From the human T2T-CHM13v2.0 reference genome, Homo sapiens: a stretch of DNA of 64,000 nucleotides. The translations under genes were made by a program, and so were the position numbers. The notes below the pieces were generated by a model. The model made no database searches. It was not told the DNA's origin and worked only from the letters and a program-made list of their open reading frames with translations. Position 1 is the stretch's first letter, and each line of letters opens with the position of its first letter. The stretch lies in assembly GCF_009914755.1 (NCBI RefSeq), contig NC_060934.1. The stretch is one strand, 5' to 3'. Below are positions 55,648 through 64,000 of the stretch, piece after piece.

Positions 55648-55881
55648 GTAGTATACCATAGAGAATTGCCTCTAGTTCAGACATCAATCCCTTGTCAAAT
55701 TGGTTATGACCAAGTTAGCTGGGACCTATGGCAAAAATTGGGTGACTTTTGGGTAAAGAACCACTGAAAAGGGTATTTTAAAAGTAACAGGTGCTTAGAA
55801 TGAACTATTAAATAACACTCCATGTAGGCACAAGCCTTTTCTAATTCATATCTGATTCCCGTTCAAATGTACTCCTGAGTG

Positions 55882-56033
55882 AGGCTGGGACTAGGTGAGA
55901 GAGGCTTGGGTGCAGAATATTAGGAAGGACTCATCTTCAAGGTTGTGCCAGGGAAGGGTGGGCACTGGAGTGAATGCCTCGTTAAATTTTACATCGTAGG
56001 CCCCTCATTTCTCTCACTCTAGGTCTGGTTCTG
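55882..56033. mobile_element. MER91A-like palindromic hAT element
   Basis: ggctgggactaggtgag...gagtgaatgcctcgttaaattt...ctcactctaggtctggttctg. Confidence 0.7.
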
Positions 56034-56749
56034 CTCCTGGGAGGCGATTTCCTTTGTTTTGACTTCCTTTCACCTTCTATTACTTGAATTTTAATGCTAT
56101 GTCTACCACTAATATTGCTATTTCCAGTATGAAAGTCCACAAGAGTTCTAAAAACCTGTCCACTATTGCATTTATTATGAAGGTATAATACATAGTTTTC
56201 CTAAAGGAACCCTAAAATTAATAATAGTAAGGATCTATCACAGGTTTTATTTCACCTTAGGAAGGGTTAGTTAACAATAATAGACAATTCAGGCATTTGC
56301 CATTAATTTTGTTTCCTCTTATATTGAAATAAATATTAGTAGCCCATGGAGTTATTTTCCGAGCTGAGCTCCAGTAAACTGCACAAATTTGAACTCTCAT
56401 TCAAAGGTGAAGAATAAAATATCTTGTGGGTGGAGGGTCAACTGTTTTTCCAGAACAGAAAAACAAGGATAAATGTTTTACCCAATGAATTGCTTAAAAT
56501 ATTTGAATCATGTGGTCTGTGAGTAGAATTATTTACATTCATGCTATAAGCTATTTGCAATATCTATTGTATTCCCAAAAGAGATGAGCCATTTATGATA
56601 ACCTAAATGGCACACCTCAAATACAATGAACTTGAAAGTACAACAAATGGCAACTGTAGGGCAAACACTAAGGGTAAATGGCAATTTTTTTTCCTAGTAA
56701 ATTAAATGCGGATCATAAAAATCTTTATTTAGTAAAATACACCAAGACT

Positions 56750-57189
56750 TGTAGTTTTATGGTACACCAACCAGATCCCCTTACCACACTTGTTCCTTCA
56801 GCTGGCAGAAGTGTTAGCTGCTGAAGGCTCATAACTATGTCCCTGTTTTGGGAATTGCCATCTGTCTACCATTACTGCCTTGCCCAAAGTTACATCCATT
56901 CCAAGGGAGCAAATGACCTGTATTCAATAACTGGCCAATGCAGGGATACAAAAGCCAGACTGAACCTCTTGCTTCTATTATAGGCATCTCTAAAGGCAGC
57001 CCATCTTCAGAGTTCCCTGCTGGATCCACTGAGAGTGTCACAATTGCATCACAGTTTGACCTTTTTCCTCTGCCCCATCCTTCTTACCTAACACCTTCAC
57101 AGGCATTGTTCCTGAAAGCATTCCTCAAAAAACGTCTCACATGCAATTTTCAGAATTTCAGTATTTCCTGGGAACTCTAATCTGCAACA
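56750..57189 (+). mobile_element. LTR16-type ERVL 5' LTR
   Basis: tgtag...gggatacaaaagcc...tttcctgggaactctaatctgcaaca, followed by PBS-like tttggagccagaagtg. Confidence 0.7.
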
Positions 57190-57870
57190 TTTGGAGCCAG
57201 AAGTGATCCTAGGAGCAAATCCTAAAATAAGATTTTGAAGTTGGATAACCCACCCGTGGAAGGAAATGAGAACATCATCACTAGTATTTGGTGGAGGATG
57301 GATACCTCCTGGCATTCTATAGGAATGCAACTACCAGCATTTTCATATGTGGGGAACTGGGATGTGATGCTGGTAGAAAAAAATGCTCTGAGAGGTGCAT
57401 TATCTCAGGTGTGTAAAAGATATGGGGTGTGGTGTCTATAATAGATGGCTGCAATTTTTTAAAATATTCCTTCCATTAATAGGAAAGAACTATGTCCACT
57501 GTCCATGAATTTACAGCTTGTAACTACTTTGACAAACAGATTATGGTGGAAGTGACCCTATGGGACTTCTGAGGATATGTCATAAAAGGCGATGCAGCTT
57601 TTTCTAGAGTTTTTTTACCCTTTTTCTCCCAAATAATAGATTATTATTATTTCTACCATTTTAACCATTTCCACATGTACTGTTCAGACACAGCCTTGTT
57701 TGCTATTAAAGCATTGTAAAAAATCACCTTTAAAAAATCATGTAAAAGTCTACTACCCTGAGACTGCCATTCTATGAGGAAGCCCAAGTCATATAGAGAG
57801 GTCCCAGCTAAGCCAGCTTTTGTGCCATCCTACTCCAAGCACTCTATAGTTGGTAGAAGAAACCTCCAGA

Positions 57871-58087
57871 TCAGGGTTTCTCAACCTTAGTACTATCCAC
57901 ATTTTGGGCCAGATGATTCTTCATTGTGGGGAGCTGTTTTGTGCATTGTAGAATGTTTTGCAGCATCTCTGGCCTCTGTCCACTAGATCCAGTAGCACTC
58001 CCTTCCTCAACTTATGAGAAACAAAAATGTCTCAGAGATTACCAAGTGTCCCTTGGAGACAAAATAACTCCTTTTAGGAACTATTTC
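57871..58087 (+). mobile_element. MER20
   Basis: cagggtttctcaacctt...acattttgggccagat...cagcatctctggcctct..ccactagat..aaaaatgtctc. Confidence 0.88.
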
Positions 58088-58236
58088 TTAGGATAAATTC
58101 AGTTTTCGGTCCTGTGAGTAACCCTAAAGACATCTGAGTCATCCCAGCTTATATCCCAGATCATCATGAACCAGAGAAAGCAATTTCTCCCTCCTGTGCT
58201 ATGTCCAAATCTGTGTTCTGTAAAATCTATAACTAT

Positions 58237-58527
58237 GGCAGGTACGATGGCACATGCCTGTAATCTCAGTAGTTTGGAAGGCCAAGGCAGATGGATCACT
58301 TGAGGTCAGGAGTTCGAGACCAGTCTGGCCAACGTGGCGAAATCCCGTCTCTACTAAAAATGCAAAAATTATCCAGGCATGGTGGCATGCTCCTGTAATC
58401 CCAGCTACTCAGGAGGCTGAGGCACAAGAATTGCTTGAACCCTGGTGGAAGTTGCAGTGAGCCAAGACCGTGTCACTGCACTCCAGCCTGGGCGACAGAG
58501 TGAGACTTAGTCTCAAAAAAAAAAAAA
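58237..58527 (+). mobile_element. AluS-type SINE
   Basis: Both arms; TSD aaaatctataactat/aaaatctataaatat. Confidence 0.94.
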
Positions 58528-60244
58528 TCTATAAATATGTCCTTAAATTTGTTGTTTTATACTAGTAATTTTGGTTTTTTTTTTTTTAATGCAGTACTAG
58601 ATAGCACAGCATGGAAGAAAATCTCATTATAACAATGATGACTATTACTAGATACAATCAACGTGTTTAGAGAAAATAATACAAACTGAGGATGCTTAAT
58701 CACAAGTTAAAAAGAGAATGTGAAAGCCATAGGCTCTTCTTGGCAGCATATAAAGAGACTCTCGTCTCCTGAATGCTGAGGATCGGGTCTCAGAACTTCA
58801 TTATAAAAGTGGCATAGCTATAGAAGAGGTTTAATTCTCAAATTTGGCCAAGGCAAGGGCTATATTTGGAGAAGTAGGGCCTTAGAGTTCCTGGCATCTG
58901 TAGAAATCTGGGTTGATGATCTCAAAAATATTGAATCCTCAGATGCTCTTTAACCTCCTGGGCCCAAAAAGGTGGCCCAATTATCTCTGTTAAGTTTTAG
59001 TTGTCTCCATTTGCTTGAAGATTATGTAGAGTCCTCTGCCTTGCAAGATAATGTGGTTTCCCACTACCTTCAATTCCTTTCTTGGTTACCAGGCCAGTAA
59101 CTAGGCTTAGGTCACAATTCATTCTAAGTATGGAGTTGGGGGGACTGATAAGAAAGGAAAATATTACACATTGGAAAGCTGCAGGTCCTACCTAGCCAAT
59201 GTGGACCAGCAGGAGTTGGGAGAACATGTATGGGACTGGATCCTGAGGCTGCTGGTTCAAGCAGGGAAGAACATAAACGTAGATAAGGAGAGTTTATATA
59301 GGAGCACTTTGGAATAATAAATTATTTAGCACCATGGAAAGTACTCTATGATACAGTATTGCTGCTGTCTGTGATGCTGCCTGTGATTGCTGTCTTGATG
59401 ATGGCTCTTAGAAGTTTGGAGGAAGACAACACTAAAGATGCCATACCTGCCATGGCAGATAACAGCAGAGAAACTATGTGAACTGGACCTGTGAGAGTAG
59501 CTATACCACGTCATTTAGGAAAACCCACCAGCCCACCATGTTCTGTTGGAAAGCCCAGAAGACACTTTACTTATCAATGAGATACGAAAGGCATCATTGA
59601 GAGGGGACCAGCATTGATTAAACACTTAGTAACAACTCTCTCTGTAGGCTGTGGCTGATGGTAGGAGATGCTGTTATAGAACTGGATTCACTGACGGGGT
59701 GATGGTATTGATAGCATAGTGACTTCTGGAGAGTGGTTAGTATATTACTAACTTCCACTCAATGTCAGTGATAAAGAATTACTGCAAGTATTAAATTAAA
59801 CATTTCAAATTGTTTTGTAAGCAATTCATAAAATGTTATTTATATAAATGTCCTGGATGCCACTTATCTATTAAGTTCTGAGACTGAGTCATATTAACTC
59901 TGCTTCTCAGTCAAATCGCAAAGTTCCTAGAATGTAGAAGGTGCTTAATAAATGTTTGTTGATTAAATGATTGTGAAAATTGACCTTCAGTATGACAAAA
60001 ATCTCAGATATGTACATGACATGAAAGTAAAATACTTACATTTTACTGTAAAGTTAACTAGCAACAATAAATTCACATGCTTATCACTGTGGAATAATAA
60101 AAAATAAACATGAAATTTTTAATCCCTTTCTTTAAAGACCAGCTGTCTAGTGGAGTCTATAATTAAGGAGACTAGACTCACAGCAGAAACAATAAAAGAA
60201 AAGACAAGTGATCACATCAAGTGTTCTTTAGTCTATATACTATG

Positions 60245-60530
60245 GAGATATGTTGAAATGACCATGAAGGCTTCCAGGAAGAAGTGGGGTTAGGGTTGAG
60301 TTTAGATGAGCAGAGAGGAGAATACTGAGCAGAATGGATGGCACTGCAGAAGTGGTGGGGAAGACATAGGGTGTGAGACGTCAACCAGATTGGAGGCCTG
60401 GTGAGCTTGTGGACAGAGAGGAAATAGATTCAACCAGAACCTGGCAGAGTATGTTAAATAATAGTGGAGGGTTTGCTATGGTAAGAAACAAGCAGCCATT
60501 GAAAATTTCTAAGTACTGGAGGTAGTCATG
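60245..60530 (-). mobile_element. L2 fragment
   Basis: gaaggcttccaggaagaagtgg...gcagccattgaaaattt. Confidence 0.5.
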
Positions 60531-61131
60531 TGTGGTTCCCAGCTTAAACAAACATTTACTTCTGTCCCTATACCATGATTCTCAGGGATTTCCAGTCACC
60601 ATGATAAATCTTTCAGTGTGTTTTAATATTTCTCTGTATTTTTCCTTTATGTGCGTAGCCTTTATGATGGTGTTTAGTCCTATATAATTTGAGGATAAAA
60701 TTAATGTGTTTTCTTTATTTCTTCTGTATCTCACAGCTCATCTATAAAGATGTGACAGGAAATGGTTCACAGTATCCATCTTTGTCCCACTTCAGATGAT
60801 TCTCACTGGCTGGGTACCTTTCTATTTATAATTATCATCCCTCTGCAATGCCAGTGAGCTCTTTTTTGATGTAGTCATTATTTCTTTCTAAGCATTTTCA
60901 CTAAACTTTTCTGAGGTCAAGCATAAAAGGGCTTACTGAAATTTAGAATGGTCGATGTCTAAAACAATTTTTAGACATTTTATCAGCCAAATTGGTTCCT
61001 TATTATATGTTAAAATATGCACCTTATTAAATCAACTCTCCAGGCTTGCATGTTCTATAGAATATGTAATTTATATTCCTTTTAAAATGCCCAGAAACCT
61101 AACAGCAGATTTTGCTTAAAGGAAAAAAAGT

Positions 61132-61241
61132 AAAGGAAGGATGGAAAGATGCAAGGATGGAAAGAGGAAGGAAGGAAGAAGAAGGAAGGAAGGAAGAAAG
61201 GAAGGGAGGGAGGGACAGAGGGAGGGAGGGAAGGAAGGAGG
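61132..61241. repeat. (GGAA)n/(GGGA)n purine-rich repeat
   Basis: aaggaagg and gagggagg units. Confidence 0.9.
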
Positions 61242-63234
61242 CAAAGAAAAGGCACAACATGAGCTCAGTCAAGCTCCTGTTAACTTTTCTTATGTGTGAC
61301 CGTGTGTTGGTCATAATGTGATATTTTACATGTAGAAGATATATCCTTTAGTGGTTAGTTCTGCTTAGGAAATATTCATGGGGTTTGGTTAAGAGACATC
61401 TGGCACAAGGTTCTGTTTTTTTAGTGTAGAATATATTTTCCATTTCAAATTATTTCAGGTGTGAAATGTACCAACAGACACCAAAATGTGCATGTCTGTG
61501 CCTGAGTATACTTTTAAAAAAATTGGAATGTTGCCCTTTATTCTTTTAATACTTATTGAACTGAGAAAAGATGGAACATGACTTAAAGAAATGCCATGAG
61601 GAGGCACAAATTGGAATATTCTTTAATCTCAACCACTTAAAATTTTTGATCATCTGAAAATGGTAGTATCTGGTTTCTAACCTGTAAACTGCTATAACAT
61701 CTTTATGATTATTACACTTTGAGATAGGTTTTTCTCAATGGGGAGGTGGCAGAAGTCTTTCTGCCCGCTTGGTTGTTGCATCTCACTTATTTACTTAAAT
61801 CTCCTTGTTGAGACTCTTATTTCTCTGTGTCACATTAGTGTGGATAGTCTCATTGTCTACTAAAGAGAAATGAGTTTTTGTGAGTGGCCTATTTCTGCAA
61901 ACTTGGACTAAAATTTTCCATTTTGAAAGCTTGCCACCCCTAATGAGATGGCAGCTCACAGAAGCAGAGAATAAAAAAAGACGTTTAGACGTCACAGAGT
62001 TCACATCTTTTATTTATGATGACAAATGAGAGACTAAGAGGTCTGGAGATCATCACAGAGATGGGAGAAGGACTTAGAGTCCTTAACTCTTGGGTTACTT
62101 TATCTTTTCTGTCTTTACCTTCTCCTCTACACACTAAATGTTTCTCCTTTCTTTTCAACTCACAGTCAGTAGCTTCTGCCCTCACACATAGACAACACCA
62201 CCGGGATGATTCTGTCAAACGTTAATCTTCACACATTCTAACTTGGTCCCACCAAATATCAGTGATCCAAATAAATTTTTATTAAGATATTTTCTGAAAA
62301 GTGCTACCATAATGTAATCACACACCAAATAATATATAAGGGGCTACATATGGCTTTTTTTTTTTTTTTTTACAATCGTCTACTCCTCACAGATAACTCT
62401 AAATGTAGTTTTTGATTCTGGAAACTTTAGATGACTTTTTAAATTTGGGGTTCTATATTAACTAATATCAGAAGTTTCATATCTTTCAAGTTATCAAAAC
62501 TAAAATGTTCCTTTATTTAAACAACTGCCTACCCCTGACCATCCTTCCCTACCAATCATAAACTTTGAATCATTGGTTTTTGTCTGTTTGTATCTTTTTC
62601 TAAAACTTCCTCCCATCTCAACTTTAACCATCATTTAGGACTGGTTAAATATATGAATCTTTGGAATTTTGGTGCTACTGACAAAAGACAGATAGCTTTT
62701 CATTAACTCCACTCTTCTGGAATAGCTCCTTTGTGGTTGCCTTTCTGGTGTGCCAGAGAACTTCTTCTTCATTTTGACTTTTAGTCCTGTTAACCTTGAA
62801 TCACACTGGCCCAGGTCAACCATGTCAACCATTCAATGAATTCCAAATTATAGCTAGCAGTCAGATTGAAAAAGCATTAACTGAAATAAACTGCCCCAAG
62901 AATATGGGTAGTACAGGGGAGACAAAACAAAAAGCCACAACTCTATTCCAGGTTTAGGTCCAAAGAACCTCTGTGACTGAAATTCCATCAGGTTGTTTCA
63001 CCCATATTGAAGACCATTTGGTTAGGGGAATTAAAAAGCTAAAGAACATATAAAGTCATATTTTCAAATGCCTCCCTGTTGTCTAATAGTTTAACACCAT
63101 GATGTCTTTCTGTAGAGTTAGAGGTTTCTCTGAGTTAAAGTTTTACTAATTAGTTTCACCGGTATTTCTATTATTACTAAAGCAAGATGTTTTCTTTTTG
63201 AAATACATATAATTTACTAAAAAGTATAAAATAA

Positions 63235-63800
63235 ATCACTTGTATTTCTAATATTTTGGTGTACAGTGTTTCAGACTTTTTCTATAAACCTACACATATA
63301 TATGCATGTTATAAAATATTGAATTATACTGTAATAATGCTATTTTCACTCGTGCATCCTTCTATATCGAAATTATCATCCTCCTGAATGATTCCATTGA
63401 TTATGGACATGGCCCAGTATCATCACTTTGTACTCATTTCTAAGTAACTTCCAATTTGAGGCTCTTACAAATAATACCGTGGTAACCATCCTTGTTTACC
63501 ATCTTTACCCATTTGTCTAATGCTTCCTTAGAATTAATTTTGCATGTTAAATTTCTGAATCAAAGGGAATATACATTTTAACAGTTTGTTTGCATGTATA
63601 CTGCCAAATTGTCTTTTGGAAAGTTTGTGCCAGTTTAGACTCCTGCCAATAGTTGATGAGGACCCTCTTCCCACAGTACACCACACATTAATGAGATTTT
63701 AGCATTCCTTTTACATTTGCTAATTTGAGAGATGAAGGAGGAATTTTACTTTTTCAATTTGCTTAAATATTGGTAAGGCTGAACATGTTTTCATGTTGTT
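63235..63800 (-). mobile_element. Old L1ME fragment
   Basis: ttccattg...ttccaattt...acaaataatac...atactgccaaattgtc..ggaaagtttgtgccagttta.actcc. Confidence 0.65.
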
Positions 63801-64000
63801 TTGGGTTAAGTCTAACTAGAAAGCAAAGCACAACTTAAGTATAAATTGGGTCTAAAATTGATTTTACTTAACTGAAATAAGAAAGGCAGTAAATGCAGTC
63901 TTTGAGAACATCAAATTTGCTGAAATTAGAAGATCATTTTACTGCTGTGCCTTCTGAGCCTCTTATAATAAGGAGTGATGTGTATCAAGTACTTGTTTTA

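Larger units (their letters stand above)
57428..58590 (+). mobile_element. MLT1 (G/H-like) LTR containing MER20 and Alu insertions
   Basis: ggaagtgaccctatgggacttctgagg..tcataaaagg; ctaccctgagactgccat..tgaggaagcccaag. Confidence 0.7.
57190..59700 (+). mobile_element. Decayed ERVL internal sequence interrupted by nested elements
   Basis: PBS-like start; ERVL-like text resumes after 58590 (tgtatgggactggatcctgagg, atgccatacctgccatggcaga). Confidence 0.6.

Noticed and set aside
61985-62832. CRE-like gacgtca motif and a 65-aa ORF suggesting a promoter or first exon
   Set aside because: No CpG island, clear core promoter or recognisable protein.

Overview
Primate (human-like) genomic DNA, AT-rich and dominated by transposable elements. 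I recognise no host protein-coding exon, tRNA, rRNA or CRISPR array; the ORF track is essentially repeat-derived or random. The main feature is a complete, internally deleted HERV-H provirus on the minus strand (8998-15336) with two 453-bp LTR7s, a perfect His-tRNA primer-binding site and a 5-bp TSD. Its LTRs carry the duplicated ACAAAAGA motif of the pluripotency-associated LTR7up type, and a young 5'-truncated L1PA3-like element sits in its leader. Also present: a near full-length L1MA interrupted by a piggyBac MER75, an orphan L1 5'UTR cut off at a TSD-less Alu, a nested ERVL/MLT1/MER20/Alu cluster, and many Alu, MIR, L2, MaLR and DNA-transposon relics. The most unusual observations are an inverted templated copy of an Alu arm plus its flank inserted into a MER81 with a fold-back junction, three smaller templated-insertion scars, a probable ancient L1 3' transduction, and candidate minus-strand exons that could be spliced to the HERV-H donor. 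Subfamily names come from recalled consensus sequences, not a database run, and boundaries of old repeats are approximate. I do not see evidence for a wholly new biological system.
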